Position numbers and translations under genes: made by a program | Notes under the pieces: model-generated | Database searches by the model: none | What the model was told of the DNA's origin: nothing | What the model saw: only the letters and a program-made list of their open reading frames with translations | Part shown: one piece after another, positions 1-9,915 of the stretch | How the letters are laid out: each line of letters starts with the position of its first letter | How positions within the stretch are numbered: position 1 is the first letter of the stretch | From: Thermoplasmata archaeon | GTDB lineage: Archaea > Thermoplasmatota > Thermoplasmata > Lutacidiplasmatales > UBA184 | Assembly (NCBI GenBank): GCA_030040625.1 | Contig: JASHTI010000159.1 | Span: 1-40,996 of the forward strand | Direction of reading: 5' to 3' | DNA: 40,996 nt

Positions 1-77
1 GCGGGTGAACGCCCGGCTCGCCCACCGGCCGGAGTTGCGCTACCCGCTGATGTGGGTCGAGGCCGCCGGCCGCGACG

Positions 78-1208
78 CTACTTCCGGTCCCCGATCGGGG
101 TCCAGGAGAGGTCGGTCGGCCCGACGTACTGCGAGCGGGGCCGGATCAGGCGGAGGTCGTCGTACTCCTCGAGCACGTGGGCCGTCCAGCCGACGACCCG
201 GCTCGCGGCGAAGACCGGGGTGAACAGGTCCCGCGGGATGCCGATCAGCGCGTAGACCGAGCCCGAGTACAGATCGATGTTCGGATAGAGCCCCTTCTCG
301 CGGTGCACCACCTCGACGACCCGCTGAAGGAGCCGGTAGTAGCGCAGGTCCCCTTTCGACTCGCCGATCTTCCGGGACCACTCGCGCAGGATCGTCGCCC
401 GCGGGTCCTCGACCTTGTAGACGCGGTGCCCGAACCCCATGATCCGCTCGTGGCGCGCCAGCTTGCCGCGGACGACCTCGTCGGCCCGCTCCAGCTCGCC
501 GATCTCGTCCAGGAGATCGAGGACGCGCTCGTTCGCCCCGCCGTGCAGCGGCCCCTTGAGAGCGCCGACGGCGCTCGTCACGGCGCTGTAGAGGTCGCTG
601 AGCGTCGAGGCCGTGACGCGCGCGGCGAAGGTCGAGGCGTTGAGGTCGTGGTCGGCGTGCAGGATGAGGGCGACATCGATCGCGCGCGCCTCCAGCTCGC
701 TCGGCGCCCGGTCGAGGAGGGCGTAGGCAAGGTAGGCGGCGTGCGAAAGCTCCGGGCGCGCTTCCAGCGGCGGCAGATGCGCCCGTCGTCGGTGGTAGGT
801 CCCCAGGATCGTGGGGAGCGCCGCGGTCAACCGCTGGGCGCCGCCGATCGAGCTCGGCCCGGGGCTCGTCTCCCCCGGCTCGAAGACGGCGAGCGCGCTC
901 ACCGCGGTCCGGAGGACGTCCATCGGGGGTGCGTCGGCCGGTAGCGCGTCGAGCTGGCGGGCCAGCTCCGGAGGGATCGTGCGCAGCGACGCGAGCCGCC
1001 CCCGCAGCTCAGCGAGCTGCGAAGCGGTCGGCAGGCGCCCGTACCACAGCAGGTAGGCGACCTCCTCGAACGTCGCGTGGGCCGCGAGCTCGCGGATGTC
1101 GTAGCCCCGGTAGATCAGCCGGCCCTCTTTTCCGTCGATGAAGCAGATCCGCGACTCCAGCGCGACGACGTCCTCCAGGCCCCGCTGGACCTCGCTCCCC
1201 TGCGCCAT
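78..1208 (-). CDS. gltA: citrate synthase (376 aa)
   Basis: Full-length ORF. The translation carries citrate synthase hallmarks (RGYDIRELA, ILHADHDLNASTFAARV, MGFGHRVYKVEDPRA) over its whole length. Confidence 0.95.
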   Translation of the reverse strand: MAQGSEVQRGLEDVVALESRICFIDGKEGRLIYRGYDIRELAAHATFEEVAYLLWYGRLPTASQLAELRGRLASLRTIPPELARQLDALPADAPPMDVLRTAVSALAVFEPGETSPGPSSIGGAQRLTAALPTILGTYHRRRAHLPPLEARPELSHAAYLAYALLDRAPSELEARAIDVALILHADHDLNASTFAARVTASTLSDLYSAVTSAVGALKGPLHGGANERVLDLLDEIGELERADEVVRGKLARHERIMGFGHRVYKVEDPRATILREWSRKIGESKGDLRYYRLLQRVVEVVHREKGLYPNIDLYSGSVYALIGIPRDLFTPVFAASRVVGWTAHVLEEYDDLRLIRPRSQYVGPTDLSWTPIGDRK

Positions 1209-1234
1209 CGACCCGTCCGTGCGGGGCGGGGAGC

Positions 1235-2620
1235 CTACGTCGCCCTAATGGGGTTTGCCGGGCCGTCGGGCCTCGGGGGCGCCTCGAGCCGCTCGGAGGC
1301 CCGGCGTCGGCCGTAGGCGACGCTCGCCGCCGTCCACAACGGCACCGAAGCGAGGAGGATGCCGGCCGCCACCAGGAAGACGAGTCGGAACGAGCCGAAG
1401 AGGGCGAGCACGCCCGAGAGGCCGGCCCCGAGCACGGCGGCGGCCCCGCCGAGCGCGCTGTTCACACCGAGCAGACGGCCCGGGTCCCGGCGCTCGATCC
1501 CGCGGAACAGCATCAGACTGCTCGCGGTCGTGTAGACGGCGATGGCGCCCCCGAGGAGCGCGTAGACGAGGACGTTCGCCGCGAGCAGCCCGCGGTCGGT
1601 GATCGCGACGAACGTGAAGCCCGCGGTGGCGAGGTAGCCGAGGCAGCGGACGTACGTCGCCCGCCCGACGAGGCGGTCGGCGCCGAGCCGATTCGCGAGA
1701 CCGCCGGTCGTCGGGAAGACGAGCGTCTGGACGAAGTTGTTCGCGAGGTTGACGAGGAAGATCGCGGAGGTCGCGAGGCCGGCCGCGTACAGGTAGGGGA
1801 TGTAGGAGATGTTGAACAGGTTCGAGGAGAGGTTGAAGAGGAACGTCGCGACGAGCACGAGCGGCAGCTCGTGGTGCAGCTCCTCGGCGGCCCAGGCCCG
1901 CAGGCGGGCCAGCGGGTGCGGCCGCCAGGCGGGGCGGAGCGGGAAGAAGGGGATCGGGTTCCGCAGACCGATGTGCGGACGCAGTCGGGAGAAGCGCCCG
2001 GCCGGATGCTGGGCGACGTTCGCGGTCGTGAGGCGTTGCGCCGCCTCGGAGATGCCGAACCAGAGCGCGACGGCGCTGATCGCCGCCAGCACCGCGAGCA
2101 CGAGGAGCAGCGAGCGGAGCGCGTCGTTCGACGCGGTCCAGAAGAAGCCCAGCACCAGGCCGAGCAGCGAGCCGAGCATCGCCATCTCCTGGAACGAGGC
2201 GTAGGCCGTCGCCCGTTCCGCCTCCCCGAACTTCTCGAGGATCAGCAGGTTCGACGCGCTCACCCCGGCCGGGGAGACCGCGCCGAGGATCGCATACAGC
2301 CCGTAGAGGGTGGCGACCGAGCGGACGTCCGCCAGCACGGCGTAGAGGACGGCGTAGCCCGCGTAGCTGATCGCCAGGAACAACCGGCGGTGGGGAAAGC
2401 GGTCCGAGAGGTGGCCCCAGAGGACCGACGAGAGGATCACGGCGGTGTTGAACAGCGTCGCTGCAACGGCGACCTGGGCCCAGCTGCCGTGCAGCGGGAT
2501 CAGGATCAGCAGCGGGAGCACCACGCCGAAACCGGCGGTCGCCGCGTTGATCGGCGCGAAGGCGAGCAGCCACGGGCGGGCGACGAGCCGGCCCGACCAG
2601 GTGCGCAGCGCCTCGGCCAT
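1235..2620 (-). CDS. MFS-type transporter (461 aa)
   Basis: About 12 hydrophobic helices in two 6-TM halves, with an MFS-like loop motif (GHLSDRFPHRR). An AT-rich TATA-like element lies 28 nt upstream of the ATG. Confidence 0.8.
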   Translation of the reverse strand: MAEALRTWSGRLVARPWLLAFAPINAATAGFGVVLPLLILIPLHGSWAQVAVAATLFNTAVILSSVLWGHLSDRFPHRRLFLAISYAGYAVLYAVLADVRSVATLYGLYAILGAVSPAGVSASNLLILEKFGEAERATAYASFQEMAMLGSLLGLVLGFFWTASNDALRSLLLVLAVLAAISAVALWFGISEAAQRLTTANVAQHPAGRFSRLRPHIGLRNPIPFFPLRPAWRPHPLARLRAWAAEELHHELPLVLVATFLFNLSSNLFNISYIPYLYAAGLATSAIFLVNLANNFVQTLVFPTTGGLANRLGADRLVGRATYVRCLGYLATAGFTFVAITDRGLLAANVLVYALLGGAIAVYTTASSLMLFRGIERRDPGRLLGVNSALGGAAAVLGAGLSGVLALFGSFRLVFLVAAGILLASVPLWTAASVAYGRRRASERLEAPPRPDGPANPIRAT

Positions 2621-2771
2621 CGCGGGGCCGCATCGTGCGGACCCCGTCTTAATTCCAAGCGCGGAGGCGCGGGCCGGGAACGGGCCGCTTTTCTCTCGGC
2701 GGAGACCGCCTTCTCGACACGCTTATTAGGCGACCGACTTCTCGCGCCCTCGGCTTAGGGGTGCGTCGCGC

Positions 2772-3005
2772 TTGGCGATCGGCTTCGTCCTGATCAGTAC
2801 GGCGCCGGCCAAAGAGCACGAGGTCTACACCGAGCTGCTCCGGGTCAAGGGGATCGTGGAGCTGCACCCGCTCTTCGGCGAGTACGACCTCATCGCGAAG
2901 GTGGAGGCGGAGGACTTCAACGCCCTCGGCCAGCTGGTCGTCGACAAGATCCGCTCCGTCGCGGGCGTGATTGACACGAAGACACTCACGGGCATCAAGT
3001 TCTGA
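2772..3005 (+). CDS. stand-alone Lrp/AsnC ligand-binding (RAM) domain protein (77 aa, TTG start)
   Basis: The translation (VLISTAP..EHEVYTELLRVKGIVELHPLFGEYDLIAKVEAEDFNALGQLVVDKIRSVAGVIDTKTL) matches the AsnC-type RAM fold pattern without an HTH domain. Confidence 0.75.
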   Translation: MAIGFVLISTAPAKEHEVYTELLRVKGIVELHPLFGEYDLIAKVEAEDFNALGQLVVDKIRSVAGVIDTKTLTGIKF

Positions 3006-3026
3006 GGGATCTGAGGAACCAACGGT

Positions 3027-3362
3027 ATGATGGATGTGGCGATGTGGGGCACCGCGGTGAGCATCGGCGGCTGGCAGTTCCTGGAGATCTTCCTCCTGGT
3101 CTTTGCGCTGTTCTTGATCCTCGCGGGGATCTTCACGGCGTACTTCGGGAGCGGCAAGAGCCGGACCGTCGGCGTCGGCCTCCTCGCCGCCGGGGTCGTG
3201 ATCGGCCTGCTGGCCGGATTCGCCTACCACGACGGCTGGTTCGGGGGCCACAAGGGGTTCCTGGGCGCGCTGATCTGGGAAGCGTTCCTCATCATCGTCG
3301 CCGCCGTCATCGGCGCTCTGGTCGCGGTCGGGATCTTCCTCGTCGCGATCATGAAGTCGTAG
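3027..3362 (+). CDS. small integral membrane protein (111 aa, 3-4 TM)
   Basis: A strongly hydrophobic ORF with good coding character. No recognisable family. Confidence 0.6.
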   Translation: MMDVAMWGTAVSIGGWQFLEIFLLVFALFLILAGIFTAYFGSGKSRTVGVGLLAAGVVIGLLAGFAYHDGWFGGHKGFLGALIWEAFLIIVAAVIGALVAVGIFLVAIMKS

Positions 3363-3378
3363 GCCCGACGGGCGCAAC

Positions 3379-4221
3379 GTGACGGCCGCCGGCCGTCGTC
3401 CTCGGAGGCCCCGGCTGGTCACCCTCGCGACCGACCTCGGGACGGCGTACGCCGCCCAGATGAAGGCCGTCCTGCTCGCGGCCCTGCCTCCGGATCGGAT
3501 CGTCGACCTGACCCACGAGCTCCGGCCCCACGACATCGCCGAAGCGGCGTTCGTCCTCCGTGAGATCCACACCCGGCTGCCGCCGGGCGCGGTCCACGTC
3601 GTGGTCGTCGACCCCGGGGTCGGCGGCCGGCGCCGGCCGATCGCCATCGCCTGCGGCGACGGCTCGGCGCTCGTGGGACCGGACAACGGCGTCCTCGCGC
3701 CGCTGGCGACCCTCCACGGCGGCGGGCGCGCCTACACGATCACGAACGTCCGGCCGGGCGCCGAGCGGGTCGGCACGACGTTCGACGGGCGCGACGTCTT
3801 CGCGCCCGCCGCGGCGCAGCTCGCCCTCGGTCGGCCCGCCCGGGAGCTCGGACCGCGCCAGGAGCCGGCTCCCCTGCCGGTCCCGGGGCCGCACCGGGAG
3901 GCCGATGGGGCCCGCGGGGCGGTGGCGCACGTCGACCGATTCGGCAACCTCGTGACGAACGTGCCGACGGCGTGGCTCCCGACCGGCCGCTCGACGGTCA
4001 AGGTCGGCCTCGGGGGGCGGACGCAGCGCCTTCCGGTGCACCGCAGCTACGAGGCGGCCGGCGGCGGGACGCGTTTCGTCCTCGGCTCGAGTTTCGGCAC
4101 GCTCGAGGTGGCGGTCGCCGAGGGGCGGGCGAGCGACCGCGGGGCGGTCCGGGCCGGTACGCCGGTCCGGTTCGGCTGGGAAGCCCGTCGGTCCGGGCCG
4201 CCGCGCCGAAAGCGTAAGTAG
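3379..4221 (+). CDS. SAM hydrolase / SAM hydroxide adenosyltransferase family protein (DUF62, fluorinase-chlorinase fold; 280 aa, GTG start)
   Basis: Motifs LVTLATDLGT.YAAQMKAVLL, VHVVVVDPGVGG.RRPIAI, GPDNGVL, FDGRDVFAPAAA and HVDRFGNLVTNV are typical of DUF62 proteins. Confidence 0.8.
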   Translation: MTAAGRRPRRPRLVTLATDLGTAYAAQMKAVLLAALPPDRIVDLTHELRPHDIAEAAFVLREIHTRLPPGAVHVVVVDPGVGGRRRPIAIACGDGSALVGPDNGVLAPLATLHGGGRAYTITNVRPGAERVGTTFDGRDVFAPAAAQLALGRPARELGPRQEPAPLPVPGPHREADGARGAVAHVDRFGNLVTNVPTAWLPTGRSTVKVGLGGRTQRLPVHRSYEAAGGGTRFVLGSSFGTLEVAVAEGRASDRGAVRAGTPVRFGWEARRSGPPRRKRK

Positions 4222-4266
4222 CGAACGTCCTAGGAGTGGACGGGAACTCGCACGCTCGGACGCTCG

Positions 4267-5418
4267 ATGCCGACGAAGCGCGACTACTACGAGGTGCTGG
4301 GCGTCGCGAAGGGCGCCTCGCCGGACGAGATCAAGTCGGCGTACCGCAAGCTCGCCCGTCAGTACCACCCGGACGTCTCGAAGGAGAACCCGAAGGTCGC
4401 CGAGGAGAAGTTCAAGGAGCTCTCCGAGGCCTACGAGGTCCTGGTCGACCCGGCCAAGCGCAGCCGCTACGACCAGCTCGGCTTCTCGGGCGTCGAGTCG
4501 GAGTTCGGCCCCGGCGGGTTCACCTGGCAGAACTTCACGCACGTCGGCGACCTCGAGGACCTCTTCGGCGCCTCGCCGCTCTTCCAGCAGTTGTTCACCG
4601 GTTTCGGCCTGCCGTTCGGCGGGGTCGCCAGCCGCGAGCGCGGCCGCGGGGCGGACGTCGAGATGACGCTGCGCCTGTCCGTGGCGGCGGCGATCCACGG
4701 CGCCCACCCGACGCTCGAGGTCCCCCGGGCGCGGCCGTGCCCGGACTGCCGGGGGACCGGCGCCAAGGGCGGCACCGCCCTCGAGGTCTGCCCGGAGTGC
4801 GGCGGCCAGGGCCAGGTCCGCCGCGTGCAGAACCGCGGCTACACGCAGCTGATCACGATCGGGGAGTGCCCGCGCTGCCACGGGAGCGGCCGTCGCATCC
4901 TGGAGCGATGCCCGAACTGCCGGGGCAGCGGCACGATCACCAACGTCGAGAAGATCGAGCTCGACGTGCCGGCGGGCATCGAGGACGGCGCCGTGCTCCG
5001 GGTCCCCGGGCACGGGAAGGCCGGCCGCCCGGGCGGGCGCGCCGGAGACCTCTACGTCCAGGTCCTGCTCGAGTCGTCGACGCCGTTCCGGCGCGTCGGC
5101 CAGGACGCCTTCGCCGAGACGACGGTCCCGCTGGCGACGGCCCTTCTCGGTGGCTCCGTCACCGTGCCGACGCTCGACGGCAAGGCGGACCTTCAGATCC
5201 CCGCCGGGACCCAGCCCGAGACGCAGTTCCGTCTGCGGGGCCACGGCTTCCCGCGGCTGCGGGGCAGCAGCCGCGGGGACCTCATCGTCACGGCGCACGT
5301 CGAGATCCCTCGCGCGCTCTCCGGCAAGGACCGGGAACGGCTGCGGGAGGCGCTCGGCGCGGGCGCGGGGCCGGCCGAGGGCCGTCGTGATTCGTTCTTC
5401 CGACGGCGAGCGTCGTGA
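4267..5418 (+). CDS. dnaJ: molecular chaperone DnaJ (383 aa)
   Basis: J domain with HPD (RDYYEVLGV...YHPDV), a G/F-rich region and four CxxCxGxG zinc-finger repeats. No dnaK or grpE lies next to it in this window. Confidence 0.95.
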   Translation: MPTKRDYYEVLGVAKGASPDEIKSAYRKLARQYHPDVSKENPKVAEEKFKELSEAYEVLVDPAKRSRYDQLGFSGVESEFGPGGFTWQNFTHVGDLEDLFGASPLFQQLFTGFGLPFGGVASRERGRGADVEMTLRLSVAAAIHGAHPTLEVPRARPCPDCRGTGAKGGTALEVCPECGGQGQVRRVQNRGYTQLITIGECPRCHGSGRRILERCPNCRGSGTITNVEKIELDVPAGIEDGAVLRVPGHGKAGRPGGRAGDLYVQVLLESSTPFRRVGQDAFAETTVPLATALLGGSVTVPTLDGKADLQIPAGTQPETQFRLRGHGFPRLRGSSRGDLIVTAHVEIPRALSGKDRERLREALGAGAGPAEGRRDSFFRRRAS

Positions 5419-6104
5419 CGCCGGCCCGCGCGTCGGGCGAGCAGTACTTCGCCGCCCGGCCGCACGCCCGACCCCGGCGTCGTGAGCTGCGCTTCCTCTA
5501 CCGCGGGGAGCTCCTCTCGTTCGTCGTCGATACCGGCGTCTTCGCCTCGCACGGGCTCGACCCCGGGACGGCCTTGCTCATCGAGAACCTCGCGCCCGCC
5601 CGGGACGCTCGGGTCCTCGACCTCGGCTGCGGCTGGGGGGCCGTCGGGGTCGCCGCGGCGCGCAGCGCGCCGGACGGCCAGGTGCTGCTCACCGACGTCA
5701 ACCACCGCGCGGCCCGGCTCGCCGGGGAGAACCTCGCCCGGAACCGAGCGGCGAACGGAACGGTCCGGATCGGCCCGCTCTTCGAGCCGGTCGGCGACGA
5801 GCGGTTCGATCTGATCGCGAGCAACCCGCCCTACCACGCCGGCCGTCCGTTCATCCTTCGGCTCCTCGCCGAGGCCCCGGCGCACCTTCGGCCGGGCGGC
5901 CGACTCCTTCTCGTCGGCAAGGGCAGCCAGGGGATCCGGTTCTACCAGGAGTGGCTCGCCGCGCACTGGGCGCCCGAAGTGCGGGTCCTGGCCCGGGCGT
6001 CGGGGTACCGGGTCCTCGAGGCGGCGCTCGCCGCCGAAGGGGTTAAGAACCGAAGGTCGCTCGGCCGCCGCCCCCGAAGCCGTGCGGGGACGCCCGGGGC
6101 GTAG
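5415..6104 (+). CDS. class I SAM-dependent methyltransferase, MTS/RsmC-like small domain family (229 aa, GTG start overlapping the dnaJ stop by 4 nt)
   Basis: SAM-binding motif [12 protein letters not shown] and catalytic SNPPYH motif. The architecture resembles archaeal MJ0882-type methyltransferases. Confidence 0.8.
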   Translation: MTPARASGEQYFAARPHARPRRRELRFLYRGELLSFVVDTGVFASHGLDPGTALLIENLAPARDARVLDLGCGWGAVGVAAARSAPDGQVLLTDVNHRAARLAGENLARNRAANGTVRIGPLFEPVGDERFDLIASNPPYHAGRPFILRLLAEAPAHLRPGGRLLLVGKGSQGIRFYQEWLAAHWAPEVRVLARASGYRVLEAALAAEGVKNRRSLGRRPRSRAGTPGA

Positions 6105-6148
6105 GCCTCCGGCGCTCCCGGCGACGTCGGAGCATCACGCGCACCGAG

Positions 6149-6910
6149 GTGAGTCGAACGCCGAAGGAAGCCAAGGAGCCGGCGAAGGAGGAACCCGCCG
6201 CGAGCGGGCCCGCCGCCGGTACCGAGGCCGCGACGGAGAAGGGAGGGCGTCGCGAGCGCGGAGCGAAGGGCAAGGAGGCCAAGGACGGGAAGGACTCCAA
6301 GGAGACGAAGGAAGGGAAGGGGAAGTCCAAGGGACCCCCGACCGGCAAGGCCCCCAAGTTCGTCCCCACCAACCCGAACTTCCGCTACATCGTCCGTGTC
6401 GCCGACACCGACCTGGACGGCACGCGATCGACGGCGCTCGCGCTGACGCGGGTGCGCGGGGTCGGGCTCCGCCTCGCCGAGGCGACCTGCCGTCTGGCGC
6501 AGGTCGACCCGCACGCGATGATCGGCGACCTCGCCGAACCGGTCGTGGAGGGGCTCGAGACGGCCCTGCAGAGCCTCCCGAAGCAGCTCCCGCCGTGGAT
6601 GATCAACCATCCGACCGAGCCGATCCTGGGCGAGTCGCCCCACCTTCTCGGCGCCGAGCTGGAGACGCGCCGGCGCGACGACGTGAACGTGATGAAGATG
6701 ATCCGGAGCTACCGGGGCGTCCGCCACGAGCGGGGCCAGAAGGTCCGTGGGCAGCGGACCCGCTCGAACGGCCGGACCGGCATGGCGGCCGGGGTGCTGA
6801 AGAAGGCCGCGAAGGAAGCGGCGGCGGCCGCCGGCAAGGAGTCGGCGCCGGCCGCCGCGGCCACGCCCGCTCCGGCGGCGGCCGCGCCGGCGGCGGAGAA
6901 GAAGGCGTAG
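6149..6910 (+). CDS. rps13: 30S ribosomal protein uS13 with long N- and C-terminal low-complexity extensions (253 aa, GTG start)
   Basis: The core (FRYIVRVADTDLDG...VRGVG...IRSYRGVRHERGQKVRGQRTRSNGRTG) is canonical archaeal S13. It is flanked by a K/E/G-rich head and an Ala-rich tail. Confidence 0.9.
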   Translation: MSRTPKEAKEPAKEEPAASGPAAGTEAATEKGGRRERGAKGKEAKDGKDSKETKEGKGKSKGPPTGKAPKFVPTNPNFRYIVRVADTDLDGTRSTALALTRVRGVGLRLAEATCRLAQVDPHAMIGDLAEPVVEGLETALQSLPKQLPPWMINHPTEPILGESPHLLGAELETRRRDDVNVMKMIRSYRGVRHERGQKVRGQRTRSNGRTGMAAGVLKKAAKEAAAAAGKESAPAAAATPAPAAAAPAAEKKA

Positions 6911-6920
6911 GCGGGCGACG

Positions 6921-7514
6921 ATGGGCGATCCGAAGTTCCTGCGCCGTCGCTACGACACGCCGAAGCATCCGTGGGAGGGCCCCCGGATGGAGGAGGAGCG
7001 CAAGCTCCTCGAGCGCTACGGCCTGAAGAACAAGCGCGAGCTCTGGAAGGCCCAGTCGGTCCTCCGGGGGTTCCGTCGCCAGGCCCGCGAGCTGCAGGCT
7101 CGCCTCCGGGCCGGGGTGCCGCAGGCCAAGCGCGAGACGAACCAGTTGCTGGGCCGCCTGTCCCGCCTCGGGATCCTGAGCGCCGGCACGCCGACGCTCG
7201 ACGACGTGCTCGCCCTTTCCACGGAGGATATCCTGCGCCGGCGCCTGGAGTGGATCGTCTTCTCCAAGGGCCTCGCCCCCACCCCGTGGAGCGCCCGCCA
7301 GTGGATCGTGCACGGCCACCTTTCGGTCGGCGAGCACCGCGTCCGCCGGCCGGGGACCCTGCTCCCGTCGGCCGAGGAGGCGCGGCTCGGCTACACCGTC
7401 TCGAGCCCGCTCGCGGACGAGGGGCACGCGGTGCGCACGGCGCTCCGTGAGCGCCTGGAACGCCGCGGTGGCGCGCCTCCGCCGCCCCCGCCGGCGGAGG
7501 GGGTGCCGTCGTGA
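6921..7514 (+). CDS. rps4: 30S ribosomal protein uS4 (197 aa)
   Basis: MGDPKF.RR.YDTP.HPW...[14 protein letters not shown] and an S4 RNA-binding domain. It sits in the conserved S13-S4-S11 order. Confidence 0.95.
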   Translation: MGDPKFLRRRYDTPKHPWEGPRMEEERKLLERYGLKNKRELWKAQSVLRGFRRQARELQARLRAGVPQAKRETNQLLGRLSRLGILSAGTPTLDDVLALSTEDILRRRLEWIVFSKGLAPTPWSARQWIVHGHLSVGEHRVRRPGTLLPSAEEARLGYTVSSPLADEGHAVRTALRERLERRGGAPPPPPPAEGVPS

Positions 7515-7894
7515 CGAAGGTCGGGATCGCGCACATCTTCGCGAGCTACAACAACATTCACATCACCGTCACCGACATCACCGGCGCGGAGACGCTCGCC
7601 AAGGCGACCGGCGGGATGGTCGTCAAGGCGGCCCGGGACGAGTCGAGCCCGTACGCCGCGATGAAGGCGGCGGACCAGATCGCCGCGGTCCTGAAGGAGA
7701 AGGGCTACGAGACGCTCCACGTGCGGGTCCGCGCGCCCGGCGGCAACCGCTCGCGCTCTCCCGGTCCCGGCGCCCAGGCGGCGATCCGGGCGCTGGCGCG
7801 CGCCGGCGTCAAGATCCAGCGCATCGAGGACGTCACCCCGGTGCCGCACGACGGAACGAAGCCCAAGGGCGGCCGCCGCGGCCGCCGGATGTAG
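7511..7894 (+). CDS. rps11: 30S ribosomal protein uS11 (127 aa, GTGA overlap with rps4)
   Basis: [21 protein letters not shown]...[27 protein letters not shown] is canonical S11. Confidence 0.95.
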   Translation: MTKVGIAHIFASYNNIHITVTDITGAETLAKATGGMVVKAARDESSPYAAMKAADQIAAVLKEKGYETLHVRVRAPGGNRSRSPGPGAQAAIRALARAGVKIQRIEDVTPVPHDGTKPKGGRRGRRM

Positions 7895-7900
7895 GGAGCG

Positions 7901-8746
7901 ATGCCGGTCACCGTCGAGCAGCTGACGCCCCGGTCGACGACCCTCGAGCTCGAGGGGGTCACGGCCGCCCAGGCGAACGCGATCCGCCGGACGCTGGTCG
8001 CGGACGTCCCCAAGCTGGCGATCGAGGACGTGGAGTTCCACCTGGGGCCGATCCGCGACGAGACGAGCGGCAAGGACTACGACTCGTCGACGAGCATGTT
8101 CGACGAGGGCGTGGCGCTCCGGCTCGGTCTCCTCCCGATCCCGACCGATCTCTCGCAGTTTCGCCGGAAGTCCGAGTGCACCTGCAACGGCGCCGGCTGC
8201 GCGAACTGCCAGGTGATGTACTCGATCGACCGCAAGGGCCCCTGCACGGTCTACGCGAAGGACGTCGTCCCGCTCGGCGACGCGTCGCTCGCGATCCTCG
8301 AGCCGGAGGTCCCGATCGTCCGGCTCGGCGCCCGCCAGGCGCTGCTCGCCTACGCGACGGCCGTGATCGGGACCGGTCGCGAGCACGCCAAGTGGCAGGT
8401 CGCCCACGCCGTCGGCATCTACCCCCGACCGCACGTGAAGATCGCGCGGAAGGAGGGGTGCACGGACGCCTGCCTGAAGCGGACCGCCGCCTCCTGCCCG
8501 GTCGACATCCTCCGCTTCGGGGACGGCAAGCTCACCGTCACGGACGAGGTCAAGTGCATCGATTGCCACGCCTGCGAGAAGAGCTGCGAGCACGGCTCGA
8601 TCCACATCGAGCCGGACGAGGAGCGATTCTTCCTGCGCTTCGACACGGACGGCTCGCTGAGCGCCCGGGAGGCGCTGCGGTTCGCGCTCAAGGACCTGCG
8701 CCGCCGCCTCGAGGAGCTCCGCGAGGCGGTGCAGGCGATCCCGTAG
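7901..8746 (+). CDS. rpoD: DNA-directed RNA polymerase subunit D / Rpo3 with ferredoxin-like Cys-rich insertion (281 aa)
   Basis: Position after S11, an RpoD dimerisation-domain pattern, and an internal CxxxC...CP plus CIDCHACEKSC Fe-S-type motif as seen in some archaeal Rpo3 proteins. Confidence 0.9.
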   Translation: MPVTVEQLTPRSTTLELEGVTAAQANAIRRTLVADVPKLAIEDVEFHLGPIRDETSGKDYDSSTSMFDEGVALRLGLLPIPTDLSQFRRKSECTCNGAGCANCQVMYSIDRKGPCTVYAKDVVPLGDASLAILEPEVPIVRLGARQALLAYATAVIGTGREHAKWQVAHAVGIYPRPHVKIARKEGCTDACLKRTAASCPVDILRFGDGKLTVTDEVKCIDCHACEKSCEHGSIHIEPDEERFFLRFDTDGSLSAREALRFALKDLRRRLEELREAVQAIP

Positions 8747-9806
8747 CGGGGCCCTCGCTGCTCCAGTCGTAGCGCAGGATCGCCGCGATATCCCCGAGGC
8801 CGGCGAGGCGCCGTCCCGGCGGGTCGTCGGCCCGCACCACGAAGACCCGCGCGCGCGAGCCCCGCGACCGATCGAGGATCGCGAGGACGGCCGGCGCGGT
8901 GAGGAGCCGTTCGCCGACCAGCAGCGTCTCGACCGCGCCCGCCTCGCTCGCCTCGGCGACCTCGCGGAGCCCGACCGCGGCGCGCCGCCCACCGGCGACG
9001 GCCTGCACCAGCCGCTCGACGACCTCCGCCTCCTCGGCGGCCACGCTCGCGCGCAGGACCTCGCTCGCCCGTCCCGACCTTAGGAGCTCGTCGACGCCGA
9101 CCCGGCCTCCCTCGGCCGCCGGGTAGACCTTCAGGCGGCGGGCGAGCTCCGGCTCGGTCTCGCCGATGCGGCGGGCCAGCGCCTCCTTGAGGAAGCCGGG
9201 GCCCGCGACGACCACGGCCGTCGCCGACGTCCCCTCGCGGACGAGCAGGCCCCGGAGCTCCTCGAGGTACGCGGAGCGGTCCTTCTCGCCCTGCCCGCCC
9301 TCGTACTGCTTGCCGGCGAGCGTACGCCGCACGTCCGCGATCGGCTCGATCGCGCGTCCGCGGATCCGCACGATCGACGAGTCGCCCCAGTCGACGGCGG
9401 CGAGGAGGATCGCCGGGTCGCCGCGGCGGTCGAGCCCCTCGTCGAGCAGGGCCTGGTCCGCGGGCGTGAGCCCGGGTTTCGTGACGGTGACGTCGCTCCC
9501 CTCCTCCAGGTCCAGCGTGTGGTGCCGGCCGATGTCGAACGGTCCCTCCACGATCGGTCCGGTGATGCGCACGTGCTGGGAGAAGCCGTGGAACTCGACC
9601 TGCTCGGCCCGCACCGCCAGGTAGACGCGGCGACGGCTGCGCTCGGCGCCGGGGACATCGAGGGGCGCCTCCGGGTCCCGGCGGGTGGTCGAGGCGCCGA
9701 CCATCTCCCCGGGCCGGACGAGCCGGGCGATCCGCCAGAGGTCGCTCGGGGTCTCGAGCCGGAGCTTCAGCGTCCCGGTCGTCGGATCACGGTGGAGGAG
9801 GCGCAC
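8688..9806 (-). CDS. pelA: Pelota (aRF1-related mRNA surveillance factor; about 372 aa)
   Basis: Pelota-like N terminus (VRLLHRD..TG.LKL..E..DDLW...RLV.PGD) and eRF1-like middle and C domains ending in GDIAAILRY. I trimmed the track ORF (to 10016) to an in-frame GTG at 9806. The 3' tail overlaps rpoD by 59 nt. Confidence 0.8.
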   Translation of the reverse strand: MRLLHRDPTTGTLKLRLETPSDLWRIARLVRPGEMVGASTTRRDPEAPLDVPGAERSRRRVYLAVRAEQVEFHGFSQHVRITGPIVEGPFDIGRHHTLDLEEGSDVTVTKPGLTPADQALLDEGLDRRGDPAILLAAVDWGDSSIVRIRGRAIEPIADVRRTLAGKQYEGGQGEKDRSAYLEELRGLLVREGTSATAVVVAGPGFLKEALARRIGETEPELARRLKVYPAAEGGRVGVDELLRSGRASEVLRASVAAEEAEVVERLVQAVAGGRRAAVGLREVAEASEAGAVETLLVGERLLTAPAVLAILDRSRGSRARVFVVRADDPPGRRLAGLGDIAAILRYDWSSEGPATGSPAPPRGAPRGGGAGP

Positions 9807-9915
9807 GACCGGACCCGCCGGGCACGACGAGCGCAAGCTACAAGCGACTTTCGCCCGCCGAGGCCGTACGCCGCGCGATAGGCTTATCGAGGATTCCATC
9901 GGTCGGCGACACGCC

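Noticed and set aside
3349-5298. Very long ORFs antisense to or out of frame with recognised genes: 3349-5298(-), 7391-8992(-), 21991-23778(+), 24366-26015(-), 33527-36115(-), 36447-38570(+) and 29743-30960(-).
   Set aside because: Their translations are monotonous Arg/Gly/Pro/Ala/Asp strings with no domain pattern. They overlap genes with unmistakable homolog-like sequences (dnaJ, rps11/rpoD, Tes, Kelch, the 520-aa protein, usp/dph5). Stop codons are rare in all frames at ~70% GC, so long spurious ORFs are expected.
8688-8746. Convergent 3'-end gene overlaps: rpoD/pelota 59 nt, MFS/GNAT 92 nt at 11195-11286, SWIM/Tes 29 nt at 22021-22049, REC/dph5 20 nt at 36591-36610, and ftsZ-like/trmY sharing CTAG.
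   Set aside because: In each case at least one partner continues past its conserved C terminus into a Pro/Ala/Gly-rich tail. This looks like delayed stop codons in GC-rich DNA rather than a regulatory antisense arrangement. I did not score it as a finding.
6149-8746. The ribosomal/RNAP block stops after rpoD, with no L18e-L13-S9-RpoN-RpoK following.
   Set aside because: Breakpoints of this operon vary among archaeal lineages. There is no sign of a mobile element or a pseudogene remnant at the junction, so this is probably an ordinary rearrangement.
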